A DNA stretch of 64,000 nucleotides from Acholeplasmatales bacterium (GTDB lineage Bacteria; Bacillota_I; Bacilli_A; Acholeplasmatales; Anaeroplasmataceae). Position numbers and translations under genes: made by a program. The stretch is taken from contig JAILEP010000043.1 of NCBI GenBank assembly GCA_024697825.1, forward strand, positions 9,176-73,175. The letters run 5' to 3'. The notes below the pieces were generated by a model. That model did not search any database and was not told the DNA's origin. It worked only from the letters and a program-made list of their open reading frames with translations. Below, piece by piece: positions 28,932 through 40,100 of the stretch (the stretch's first letter is position 1; each line of letters opens with the position of its first letter).

Positions 28932-30275
28932 TTAGTCTGCTAAAGAACCCATTGGATCCCAAGGCTTTAAAGAAATAGGCTTAGAATTTTCATAAGCATC
29001 TAATTCCTCATAAGATAAATATTTCTTATCAATAACTGCCTGGTAAACATATTCGTCAAACCAAGTATCACTCATTGCAAAATAGCCCTTCTTAGCGATA
29101 TCATCACCCCAAGAATTTTCAATCTTCCATTTTAAAGCCTTACCATTATTATCTAAGCATACACCTGTAATACACATTGCATGATTCATCTGAGAAATAT
29201 GATAATCTAAGGCTTTAGCCTTATCTGCATAATAAGAAATGCCAAATGGAGTCTGATAATCAAATGATCTATCATCCCAAGCATAAGATGCTCTATCTCT
29301 ATAGAATGATACATCTGAACCAAACCAAACAATGTTACCATCCTTTAGCTGATTGATGATTAATTCCTTGATTCTTTCCATTTCAAGATTTAAATGCTTA
29401 ACTCCCTTACCACCAACAACATTACCTAAGTATTCAACAGTAAATGTATGATTAAATGGCTTATCCTTAGTAGGAGCGTTAATTAATGATACATATGATA
29501 ATGCCTCACTCTTAACATACTTTTCAAAGAATGAAAGAGGTGTGAAACCTTCCTCCTTATGATATACCTTATTAGCGTCTACATATTCAAAATCAAATGT
29601 CTTAGGTGCGATACCATAGGTAGAAATAATTAAATGATATAGCTTTTTAAATAGCTTATCCTTTTCAGCACGAATTAATTCCATACCACCCTTTTTATCT
29701 AATTCCTTAATATCACTTGCAAACTTCTCTAATGTAACTGATACTAAATGGTTTAAACCACGAGTATTAGAAGAAGTATATGTTTCAGGGAAAACATTCT
29801 TAGGAACGATACCATATTTAGTTACGATATCGATAAACATATCCCACTGACCACCATCAGAAATAGTATTTAATAGAACATAAGTTAATGTTCTATCATC
29901 TGCGTCCTTATCCTTTAAATCGATAATTGCCTCAAGCTCAAAATTAATCTTTTCAAGCTTATCATACATTCCAATATAAGACTGAGATAATTCAAAATTA
30001 TCTAGGTTAAGCTTCTTTGCAATAATTTCTCTTAATACATTAGTTGCCGCAAAGATCCAGCATCTACCTGATGCCTTCTGATTTGTAACAGGCATAGTCT
30101 TAACCTCTACGTTAAAGCTATAGTCTATTTTAGATGCATTATCTAATGTCTTAGAAAAATCATCAATAGAAGTATGAGATAATGCATGTCTTGTAATATG
30201 ATGAGCAATTTTTTCATTGTAAACAGCTAGCTCATCATTTAAAAAATCATATGTTATTTCTTTAATATTTGCCAT
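28932..30275 (-). CDS. pepC: Aminopeptidase C (bleomycin hydrolase, C1B)
   Basis: TNQKASGRCWIFA, DGGQWDM, MNHAM, WKIENSWG, LKPWDPMGSLA. Confidence 0.95.
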   Translation of the reverse strand: MANIKEITYDFLNDELAVYNEKIAHHITRHALSHTSIDDFSKTLDNASKIDYSFNVEVKTMPVTNQKASGRCWIFAATNVLREIIAKKLNLDNFELSQSYIGMYDKLEKINFELEAIIDLKDKDADDRTLTYVLLNTISDGGQWDMFIDIVTKYGIVPKNVFPETYTSSNTRGLNHLVSVTLEKFASDIKELDKKGGMELIRAEKDKLFKKLYHLIISTYGIAPKTFDFEYVDANKVYHKEEGFTPLSFFEKYVKSEALSYVSLINAPTKDKPFNHTFTVEYLGNVVGGKGVKHLNLEMERIKELIINQLKDGNIVWFGSDVSFYRDRASYAWDDRSFDYQTPFGISYYADKAKALDYHISQMNHAMCITGVCLDNNGKALKWKIENSWGDDIAKKGYFAMSDTWFDEYVYQAVIDKKYLSYEELDAYENSKPISLKPWDPMGSLAD

Positions 30276-30510
30276 AATATAATCCTCCTTGCGAACATTA
30301 TAGTACTTTATAGAGTTTTGTTCAACTAACTCATTGATTTAAGTTACATAATAAATGCTTGTGTATCTTTAAATTTTCGTGTAAAGTAGTAAATAGCTGA
30401 CTGTTATATAAATATATTTATATAAAGGGTCAATTGTACCGTTATAGTACGAATTTGTGCTTGAGTATGAAAAAAATTAGTCGAAATTCGATATAAATGG
30501 CTTGAATTCG

Positions 30511-30539
30511 TTGACTATATATTTCTAAATTGGTAAAAT
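30511..30539 (+). promoter_or_regulatory. Sigma-A promoter of the SNF2/Zn-finger/adhesin operon
   Basis: TTGACT-17 bp-TAAAAT with TGn. It overlaps the TTG at 30530 used by the ORF track, so the real start is likely ATG 30611. Confidence 0.7.
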
Positions 30540-30610
30540 ATTCTTATGGGAAAAGTCGATACAAATTTAAACACAAATGGGAGAGTCTTTTGTGGAAGGG
30601 GCGTATTAAT

Positions 30611-33600
30611 ATGCTTAAGGTCTATAGTGATAACCTTAATCAGATATGTGATTTAATTAAGCAGGTTTTAGGTGTAAAGAATTCATCTAAAATTTCTTTT
30701 AAGCAGCTTAATGATTATTTCGATTCTGATATGGAGGAAAATAAATTAGTTAAGAAGATTTCTGATGTAATAAAGGATAATCCAAAGAAAATCTTACCAG
30801 CTGCCTTATTACTTATGATGGCAGAATCATTTGAATATCTTGTAAAGTATGAGGATAAGTATAATGCAATTAAGAATATGCTTATGAATACTAAGAGCCT
30901 AAATGAGGTAGGCGGAGCTTTAAAGGAGGATATGTGGCCATTTTATCCATTCTTCCAGGAAGCATTAACAGCCTTTGCGACACTTCATAATCCCGAGGTG
31001 TTCTCAGGTCTTGAGGCCGAGGGCTTAGTATTTGAATCATCAGTAAGAGATATTGTATTTTCAGATGCGGAAGGTTATGTTATCCCTATTTCATTTGAGT
31101 CTTTTTTTGATACCCTAACAAGCTTCTTTGATAAGGCTAATAGCATTAAAGAAAAGCTTGTATTAGATGATAAGATTAGCTTCCATGAGATTTCTGATTT
31201 ATTTATAGAATTAAATAATTCATATCAAATTTATACATATGACTTTATGGATAATTATTCAGGCCTTAAGGAATTAGCAGAGGGCTATTATAATGAGGTA
31301 TCTGAAAAGCTTAATGCTATATCTACATCAAGCATCCTACCTGATATCAATGCCTTAGTAAGATATACTAACGATAAGATTAAGGTATTAAGATTTAAGA
31401 TTAAGGATGTTAAGAGATTAGATGATCTAGAGGCAGTTAATGAAGAGGTTAATGATCTTAAGGTTTATGCTGTAACTAGATATAATGAATTCGTTGAATA
31501 TTTCACAAAGAGTGGAATTGATGTTCCTGAGCAATTTAATAAGCTTAGTGAGCTTGTGATTGAAAATCCAGAATCTAATGACAATATTGATTCATTATAC
31601 ACATTAATTGATGAAATGATTAAGGGCTTAGAGGCTAAATACGAAAGAAAGAAGAGAGCCCAGCTAGTTAGAGATTTATCTATTAAGATTAAGAATTTTG
31701 ATGAATTCCTAATTGGTCTTAAAACTGAAATTGGTGATACTTCAGTTATAACTAAGAGAAAGATGGGTAATTTTACATCTAAGGATTTAGCTGAGCTATT
31801 ATTAAAGAGATTAAAGCTTCAGAAGAATGCTTATTTTAAGCGAGTAAGAGTATTCGATTATTTATCAATGGCTATTGATTTAGAGGATACAGGCTTTAAG
31901 ATTTATACACGTCATGAATTTGAAAGAATTGGCGCATCTATTAGAGAGATGGAAAAATTCTTAAATTCAGTTTTAGAAAGCATGTTACCAGAAAAGGATT
32001 CTAAGGAAGAATCCGATTTTGAAAATGAAGGACGTGTAGTAGATATTAATGGCAATAATATTAAGATTGCATTAATGAATGAGGATTTTTCTGAAATCTC
32101 ATTCAATGAAGAAAATAATGGTCATACATTTAATATCCATGATTATTCTGCATATCATAATTTAGTTGATTATGCAGTAGATGTAAGAAGACAGCCAGTC
32201 TTCCAGGATTATGGTGATATTTCTGAATATCCATATTTTAAGCCTTTTAAATATCAGGTTGATTCTGTTAGAACAATGCTACAAAGATTTGAAGGCCGTG
32301 GTGTATTTGGTGACCAGGTTGGTTTAGGTAAAACGTTAGAGGCTTTAATGACTGCCGATGTTATGTTTAGATGTGCAACTATTAAAAATGCGGTAGTTGT
32401 AACGACTAAATCAACTATTAGACAGTGGAGAAGTGAGGCAATGACTAAATTCCGTCACGCTGATGGCTCTCCAATGTTTGAAATTTATCCTAAGCATGAT
32501 TCTTATTCATTTGTAGAATTAATGAATGAGCTTGTTAAGGATAAGGAAACTAAGGATTCTAATGCTTTAAAGCTATATTTAGTTTCAACTGAACAAATAA
32601 AGAGTGAGGAAACTCTTGAATTTATTAAATCAAGTGGTGAATATTTTGGTATTAAGAATGCGGCTTATAATCCAAGCCCAGAGGTACCAACAGATCAGCT
32701 TGTAATCGATACTAAGATGAAGGATATCAATGCCTTAAAGGCTTTGGATATTTTAAAGAAGAGATTACCTAATGAGCTATCAAGAGAAATTAAGAAATCA
32801 CTTGATGCAAATGAAAAATATAAAAAGCTAACTGCATATAATGTATATGGATTCTTTGATTATGAATATGATGAGGCAAAAAAGGCCTTTGTTATAACTA
32901 ATCATCAGCTATATAATCCAAAGAAGCCTACTGAATCTTCAGTTAATGAAGAGGTTAAGATGCTTAAGAAATATACTAAGAAGCTTAACGAGATTGAAGA
33001 AAGAAGACAGGAAATATTAAATACATTAGATGAATTAAAGAAAAAATATTCAATTGCCGATATGAGACTTGTCGATTTATTAATTTTCGATGAGGTTCAG
33101 GATTTATTATATGATTTCAATAATAAGGGTAATAAGGAGCAGCTACTTCAGGAATTTATTGCCAATATTCAAAAGAAGTATTGTGTATTAATTTCTGCAA
33201 CTCCTATTAAGAATGACTTAAGTGATATTTTTAATCTTTTATACATGGTAGATAAGAATAGACTTGGTGAAACTAAGGAAAAGGCTGAGGCTAAATTCTA
33301 TAATGCATATTGTGGTGGGGCTAGATCATTATCAGAAATGGCAGCCTCAAAGGATGCGTCTGAGAAATTTAAAAAGCTTAATGGTCTAATCAATTCAATG
33401 TTTACTAGAAAGAGATTATACGATAAGGATGTAACTGAATCTATTAGACGTCATTCTGCAACTATAGAAGAAATAAATAAGGCAAATGAGCATAATAGAG
33501 ATGATTATGGTGGACAGGCGTTTATGAAGCTTGTTGGGGCAATTAGACGTTCTCCTGATATGCTAAATCCTGATAATGATCCACATACATTCTTAGATAA

Positions 33601-35065
33601 ATATGTTAGACCACTATTCCCTAAATATGATTTACCAGATGAAATTATGTTTGATGCCTTTAAGAAGCTAAGTGAGGCAGTAAATGATTCAGCTAAGATT
33701 TGCTTAAATAGACTTGAATATGAGCTAAGAATGAAGCTCGATGGCTTTAATGTATATGATAAATTTACTGAAAATTATCGTATTGTATTAAAGTATGAAT
33801 CTGAAGGTATTAAGAATGAGGTTTATGAAACTGCAGTTAAAACATGTAATTTATTATGTAGCTATATAAACCGTGGCTTAATGAAATTCTATAAATCATA
33901 TCAGGAATATTCTACAGTATTCCTAAGTGATTATATTGACTGGAGAAGACCTCGTAAGAGAGGTGAAAGAATCAATGTTTCAACTGATCCAGGTAAGCTT
34001 CAGATATTTAAGGATTTACTTGTTGTAAAGGATGGTAAAAATAATCAGTATGATATTAATTCTGATAATATTACAGCCCTTGAAACAGGTAAGGTATTAT
34101 TCTATGAAAAATCTCCAGCCCTAAGAGGAGAAATCTATAGAGCTGTAAGAGATTCTAAGCCTGAATTTGGTAATAATAGAAGATTCTATTTAAATTTATT
34201 CCAGGGCGAGGAAAAGGAATATGAGCTTAAGGATTTCATCCATTTAGGATATTTTCCTAAGGGTGAAAAGAATAAGGAAATGAAGGCTTATATGGCTGAA
34301 ATTTCTAATAAGAATTATGATTCTCTTGGCTATGAGGATAAGAGATTATTAGATACATATACATTAAATGGTACATTAAAGAGAGCAGATACAGAAGAGG
34401 ATACATTTAAGGGTGTTACATTTAAGTGGTTTACTGAATATACATCTGAAAATGAGAATTGGAATGCCGTATATTTTATGGATAGAACAATGCTTGCAGG
34501 TACTGACTTCAATGCCGCAAATGTGCTAGTAATTGGTCAGCTTGATAAGGCTAATGGTGGCTATATGGACCCACTAGAGCTTGAACAGCTAATTGGTCGT
34601 ATTTCAAGAATGGGTCAAACAGAGGAATGTATTGTATTTACATGTCTTTATAATGGCAACAATGAGGAAGAAAACGATAAGGAATTTAATAATGTATATT
34701 ACGATATTATGACTGATGAGGATGGCTTTGATTTATACGGAGTATGTCAGACAGAGGTTGATTTCGTAATGCCAGTAGTTATGGCCTGTGGTAATCGATT
34801 ATTTAGCCTAGAATATTCTTATTCTAAGGATAAAATGGATGGTTTTAATGAGGATACATCTGATTTTAAGGCTATTTATAAGAATGAATATATTCCTTAT
34901 GAAATTAAGAGATTCCCTGATTTAGTAAGATATGCTTATACCAATAAAGACAATATTACCGTTTGTTATAATGGTAATGAATATAATCCTTTAGATGCAT
35001 TAAAGGAAATGATTAGATTATATTCAAAGGTATTAAGACCAGAAAATAAGAAAGTGAAAGAGTAG
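30611..35065 (+). CDS. Large SNF2/RapA(YqhH)-like helicase-fold ATPase (about 1484 aa)
   Basis: Motif I GDQVGLGKT (32309-32335), Ia TTKSTIRQW, II LLIFDEVQ (DEVQ at 33089), III ISATPIKN, VI EQLIGRISRMGQ (Gln at 34586). RBS ggaagggg. Confidence 0.85.
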   Translation: MLKVYSDNLNQICDLIKQVLGVKNSSKISFKQLNDYFDSDMEENKLVKKISDVIKDNPKKILPAALLLMMAESFEYLVKYEDKYNAIKNMLMNTKSLNEVGGALKEDMWPFYPFFQEALTAFATLHNPEVFSGLEAEGLVFESSVRDIVFSDAEGYVIPISFESFFDTLTSFFDKANSIKEKLVLDDKISFHEISDLFIELNNSYQIYTYDFMDNYSGLKELAEGYYNEVSEKLNAISTSSILPDINALVRYTNDKIKVLRFKIKDVKRLDDLEAVNEEVNDLKVYAVTRYNEFVEYFTKSGIDVPEQFNKLSELVIENPESNDNIDSLYTLIDEMIKGLEAKYERKKRAQLVRDLSIKIKNFDEFLIGLKTEIGDTSVITKRKMGNFTSKDLAELLLKRLKLQKNAYFKRVRVFDYLSMAIDLEDTGFKIYTRHEFERIGASIREMEKFLNSVLESMLPEKDSKEESDFENEGRVVDINGNNIKIALMNEDFSEISFNEENNGHTFNIHDYSAYHNLVDYAVDVRRQPVFQDYGDISEYPYFKPFKYQVDSVRTMLQRFEGRGVFGDQVGLGKTLEALMTADVMFRCATIKNAVVVTTKSTIRQWRSEAMTKFRHADGSPMFEIYPKHDSYSFVELMNELVKDKETKDSNALKLYLVSTEQIKSEETLEFIKSSGEYFGIKNAAYNPSPEVPTDQLVIDTKMKDINALKALDILKKRLPNELSREIKKSLDANEKYKKLTAYNVYGFFDYEYDEAKKAFVITNHQLYNPKKPTESSVNEEVKMLKKYTKKLNEIEERRQEILNTLDELKKKYSIADMRLVDLLIFDEVQDLLYDFNNKGNKEQLLQEFIANIQKKYCVLISATPIKNDLSDIFNLLYMVDKNRLGETKEKAEAKFYNAYCGGARSLSEMAASKDASEKFKKLNGLINSMFTRKRLYDKDVTESIRRHSATIEEINKANEHNRDDYGGQAFMKLVGAIRRSPDMLNPDNDPHTFLDKYVRPLFPKYDLPDEIMFDAFKKLSEAVNDSAKICLNRLEYELRMKLDGFNVYDKFTENYRIVLKYESEGIKNEVYETAVKTCNLLCSYINRGLMKFYKSYQEYSTVFLSDYIDWRRPRKRGERINVSTDPGKLQIFKDLLVVKDGKNNQYDINSDNITALETGKVLFYEKSPALRGEIYRAVRDSKPEFGNNRRFYLNLFQGEEKEYELKDFIHLGYFPKGEKNKEMKAYMAEISNKNYDSLGYEDKRLLDTYTLNGTLKRADTEEDTFKGVTFKWFTEYTSENENWNAVYFMDRTMLAGTDFNAANVLVIGQLDKANGGYMDPLELEQLIGRISRMGQTEECIVFTCLYNGNNEEENDKEFNNVYYDIMTDEDGFDLYGVCQTEVDFVMPVVMACGNRLFSLEYSYSKDKMDGFNEDTSDFKAIYKNEYIPYEIKRFPDLVRYAYTNKDNITVCYNGNEYNPLDALKEMIRLYSKVLRPENKKVKE

Positions 35066-35074
35066 GTGATTCCT

Positions 35075-37177
35075 ATGGATAAGAAGTCATTAGAAAATTT
35101 ACTTCTATATGCATCTTATTCAGGCGCTTTGATGAAGCTTGATTCAGAGGGCTTACCCAACTTAATAGAAAATGAATCACCAGTGTCATTCACTTTAAAT
35201 GGTGAGGATTATACAATTGATTTTAGTGATAATTTAGAAAGGGATGCCGTAATTAAGATGGTTAAGCGTGCAGTACCTATCACTAGTGTAATTGATTTAA
35301 CAGATGAGGCTTTAAAGCTTGGTATAGTTACAGATGTAAGTAGTGATTATAAAAAGGCTGAGTTTGAAAGCTTTAATGACTATATTGGTGTAGTTGAGGC
35401 AGATTATTTCTGCTTCAAAATAAATAGTGAATCATTTGATGATACAGTTTATAAAATAACATATAAGCGTGAAAACCATGATATTAAAAAGAAGATAGAA
35501 TATGCGAGCCGTACTTCATTATTTATTGATACATTAATCAAGAGAATTATGGCTAAGTATAATATTTTATTAGTAAGAAAGGCATCATTAAATAGTGAAA
35601 TGCTGCCAGAATTACCAGTAGAGGAAAATACTTACGCAGAATATGAGGATACAGCTGATTCAAGCTTTGATACTGATATGATTCAAAACCAGCTAAAGCT
35701 TTTGATTAATTATCGTGATAATTTCAATAACGCTTCATGTAGTGAAAATGTTATTGATGATATCTTTATTAGTATCACAGATAATCAGGTTTCATATGGC
35801 TTTTATAATATCGGTCAAAGTGATGAGGAGCCTGTTTATGATGTAATTAATGAGACTGTATCTGCAGATGATATTGATTCATTGCTAAGAATAAGAAGCT
35901 TAATAAATGATAATGATGTTAAGTTTAAGATGTTTGAAACATTAAGAGCTAATAAGAATACACATTTATCAAGATTAATAGAAGAAAGAATCGCTCAATA
36001 TGATAGTGAATTAAATTCTGATCCAAAGATTGAATTTACAGTAACTCCATTATCTATTTACTGTAATCATATCGTAAAGAAGACAGTTCATTACCATATT
36101 GGTATAAAGAGCGAGCAATATAAAAATTATATAGTTCCATTTACTGTTATATTTAATCCAGCAGATCCTAGCTCAACAGAATATGAAATATATGCAGATG
36201 GCGAAATGGAAATGCTAAAGCCTGGTAGACATTTAGTTTTAGCATTTGATGGTATTAATGATGGTACTCATGATTTAAACCCAATGGTTACTAGTGAGGA
36301 TTATGCAACTAAGCTATATGGCTTAGCTGATAGATATAATAATAAATATTATAAGGATATTTATTTCCTTAATGAGGATTTAGTTAAGGTAATTGATGGT
36401 AATTTAGTACCTTATGATGGTAAGCCTGATGAATTTACTTATTTAAAGAATCAGGTTGTTAAGGGTGAAATATCTGGTAAATATTATTTTATTAAGGATA
36501 CAATTAAGATTAAATCTAATGATATATTAGGTGTTGATTTTATTTCTGATCAAATCGAGGATAAATATATTCATACCTCATATGCAAGAAAGTGTGATGT
36601 ATGTGGTCATGTTTTTGGCGCAACTGATGATGTATGGAATATGTATAAGGCTCAGCATAAGTTAATCAATGTTGGAAATGGTGCTTCTTGTTGTAATCAC
36701 TGTGCTGGTACAGTTGTAAATGAGGATCAGGTTATCCTATATTCTAAGGGATATAAGGAATATTATTTTGATGATTATAAGAATCCTTCACGTACTGCAA
36801 TATGTATTACATGTGATGAGCCTAGTGAGGCATTAATCTATGTAAAGAAGGGCTCTAAGCGTGGTAAATGTAAGGTTTGTGGCAAATATTATTGTCCTGA
36901 CCATATTAACCCAGAAACTAATATTTGTGTAAATTGTAGTGGTGAATTAGAGCGTAATGATACATTAAGCGATGGCTTAAGAAAGAATGTAATTAAAAGC
37001 TTAAGCCCTAAGGATATGCTTGTTAAGGATATTAGCTTTAATTATTACAAGGCGGCTAATTCCGTTTGGGCAATAGTAAAGAAGGAGAAGAAAACATCGA
37101 TATATTATTTCGCAGTAGATGATAACGAGCTATTCGTTCATTTACTTGGAAAGAATGTTAAGAGAGGTGGTAAGTAA
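35075..37177 (+). CDS. Hypothetical cytoplasmic protein with C-terminal Cys/His zinc-finger cluster (possibly YqhG-related)
   Basis: CDVC, CCNHC, CITC, CKVC…CPDH, CVNC at 36593-36937. RBS aggtga overlaps the SNF2 stop. Confidence 0.75.
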   Translation: MDKKSLENLLLYASYSGALMKLDSEGLPNLIENESPVSFTLNGEDYTIDFSDNLERDAVIKMVKRAVPITSVIDLTDEALKLGIVTDVSSDYKKAEFESFNDYIGVVEADYFCFKINSESFDDTVYKITYKRENHDIKKKIEYASRTSLFIDTLIKRIMAKYNILLVRKASLNSEMLPELPVEENTYAEYEDTADSSFDTDMIQNQLKLLINYRDNFNNASCSENVIDDIFISITDNQVSYGFYNIGQSDEEPVYDVINETVSADDIDSLLRIRSLINDNDVKFKMFETLRANKNTHLSRLIEERIAQYDSELNSDPKIEFTVTPLSIYCNHIVKKTVHYHIGIKSEQYKNYIVPFTVIFNPADPSSTEYEIYADGEMEMLKPGRHLVLAFDGINDGTHDLNPMVTSEDYATKLYGLADRYNNKYYKDIYFLNEDLVKVIDGNLVPYDGKPDEFTYLKNQVVKGEISGKYYFIKDTIKIKSNDILGVDFISDQIEDKYIHTSYARKCDVCGHVFGATDDVWNMYKAQHKLINVGNGASCCNHCAGTVVNEDQVILYSKGYKEYYFDDYKNPSRTAICITCDEPSEALIYVKKGSKRGKCKVCGKYYCPDHINPETNICVNCSGELERNDTLSDGLRKNVIKSLSPKDMLVKDISFNYYKAANSVWAIVKKEKKTSIYYFAVDDNELFVHLLGKNVKRGGK

Positions 37178-40100
37178 TGTCAGTTTATGACGAGGTCTCT
37201 AGTAGTGTAAAAGCGAATAATAAGGCCAAGAACACAAAGTTCATAAAGAATCAGAAGACAATGAACATTCTTACCATGGTTCTTTGTCTTATCATGCTTA
37301 TTGCGGATACAATTTATGTTATAAAGGAATCCTCAGTAGGTATATTAATGTTTACAAGGGTTGTTTTAGATTTTGCGATTGTAGCAGAGGCTATAATGGT
37401 TGTTATTCTTGCAATATTTAAATTCAACACTGAAAATAAAATAATTAAGATATTAACTGCAGTTGCATTCTCTATATCTGTAATTGGATATATTGCAATG
37501 TTTAAATATGCAGATGCATATAGTATTATATTATTTATTTTTAGAATTCCTTTAAGTGCTATTTTTATCGTAATAGCAGTTAAATCATTAGTGAGCCCTA
37601 AATCATTTATTCTTCGTTGGGCAGTTGGTGGTGGAGTTGGAGCAGTAGTATTAATTACTGCATTAATTCTATTATTTTCTGCAAATGAAAGAAGAGCAAT
37701 TTATGATAATGGAACTCTTGTTAATATTTTAGATGGTACAGCTAAGGTTAAAATCGAGGATGGTACAACTACAATTGGTGCTAGCTCCTTAAAGAATGCT
37801 GGTGAAAAGGTAGAATTTCCATCATCTGTAAAAACAGTTGATAAGGATGCCTTCTTAGATTCAGAGGTTAATACATTAACTGTTTCATCTTCAAGTATTT
37901 CAGTAGTTAGTGCTCTAAAGAATACTGATGTAGATACAATCTATATTGAAAATGATTCAGTTATTACAATTGATGATTTAAAGGGTACAATTGAGAATTC
38001 TGATTTTGAATTTATAGTATCAAGAGATTTAGTTGATGCTTATAGACAAAAATATTCTAAATATGATTATTTATTTGCACCAAAGCTTGATGATAATGAA
38101 TTCTATATTGCATTTAATGGTACAAGCCTTCCTGTAGTAATTTATACTAAGGATCAGCTACCAAAGACAGTCTTAAATCCATATTCTTCATCTCAGAATG
38201 TTAAGACTGAAAATAATATCAAATATATTTTGACTTCTTGGGATGTAAATGGAGAAGCTATTTCATATCCATTTACAGCAACAGGCAGTACAGAATTTAA
38301 TGCAAATTGGGAAAGAATTTATACTGTAACATATGATTATGATGGTGGTACTCCAGCTGATGGAAGTGCAGTACTTGAAACAGAAGAATTCTATTCTAGC
38401 CGTGCTAATAAGACATTGCCAGAGCTTGAAAAGAGTGGTTATGATTTTACAGGCTGGTATTTATTAGATTCAAATGGTAATTTTACTAATACTAAGATTC
38501 AGTTTATTGATACAGATAATTTAGCTGATATGACTATTAAGGCAAGATTCGTTAAGAATTATGTTTTAACATATCATTTAAATGGCGGTACTATGACTGA
38601 TGATGAAACTACAGTCTTTAACGAGGATGGTTCAGTAATCGTGCCTCCAACTCCTACAAAGGAAGGCTATAGCTTTGATGGCTGGTATGATAATGCAGAA
38701 TTTAGTGGAAGCAGTATAGCGGTAGTAGCAAGTACTAGTCAAAATGATATCGAATTATATGCTAAGTGGGTTTTAGACAATCCAACTATTACATTATCAA
38801 ATGACATTAACAAGACATTTGATAATCAGTATTCAGAATTAAAGGTGACTCCAAGCCATGCCTTATCAACTATAGCTTATACATATGCATGGTATAAGAG
38901 TGGTAGTAGTGATGCATTAGGTAAGACATCATCTTATAAGGTAAGATATGTTAATGAATCTGGTGCTTATTATTGTGTTGTCACTGCAACTGATACTGCA
39001 ACAGGTGAAACTGCAACAGTAACATCAAGCAATATCAATGTGACAATTCATAAGGCTAATTATGAATTACCTACTATTTTAAATACTTATTCATACGAAT
39101 ATGATGGTAATGCTAAGACTCCAAATATTGGAACAATTCCTACAGGCCTTGATGGTTCAGTATTAAATGTTTCTTATAGTAACACAGCTATTAAGAATGT
39201 TGGTGATGATGATTATGTGACTATTTCATTTAGTACAGAATCAGATAATTATAATACTCCATCATCAGCTAAGGTTTATGTTAGAGTAACTCCTAAGACA
39301 TTAACAATTACATGGCCAGAGTCGTTAGAATTTACTTATAATGGCAGTGCTCAATATCCTCTTCCTACAATTACAGGATTAATTAGTGGTGATGAATGTA
39401 CATTCACTTATTCAGATACTACTAATAATATTAATGTAGGTACATATAGTATTGAGGTTACTGGTCTATCAAATGAAAATTATCAGCTTCCTACAAATAC
39501 TAGTGTCGAATATACAATTGTTAAGGCAACTGAGACAATAACTGGTATTACAGTTTCTGATGTAGAAGCTACATATGATGGTAATGCTCATTATCCTGCA
39601 ATTACAGGTGATTTACCTTCAGGTATTAAGGCTTTATATTCAGAAGAGCCAGTAAATGTAGGTACATATAATGTAAAAGTAACATTTACTTATGAATCTG
39701 ATAATTATGAAATAAATGATTCTTATATAAGTACAGTTACTATTATTCAAAAGAAAGTAACAGTAGCTAGTAGTTCAGTATTAACTTATAATGGTAGCTT
39801 ACAAGCACCTACACTTACCGTTTCAGGCTTAGTTGGTAGTGATACATGTCAAGCAACAATTAGTGGTAATACTAATGCTGGTGAATATACAGAAGATGTA
39901 ACATTATCTAATAATAATTATGTATTATCTTCAAATACATTCACTTATACAATTAATAAGGCTACATATGATTTATCTGGAATTACATTTAGTGATACAT
40001 CAGTAACATATGATGGAAAAGCTCATGGTATTACAATTAAGGGTACATTACCTATTGGAAAGGATGATGTACAAATTAGTGTTTCTTATTCAGATACAAC

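Noticed and set aside
30530-30610. TTG start at 30530 for the SNF2 gene (ORF track)
   Set aside because: Falls inside the -10 region of the promoter; ATG 30611 has an RBS.
30611-37177. Assignment of the SNF2 locus to DISARM, Zorya or BREX
   Set aside because: None of the required partner genes (methyltransferase, DUF1998, PLD, ZorA/B, PglZ) is present.
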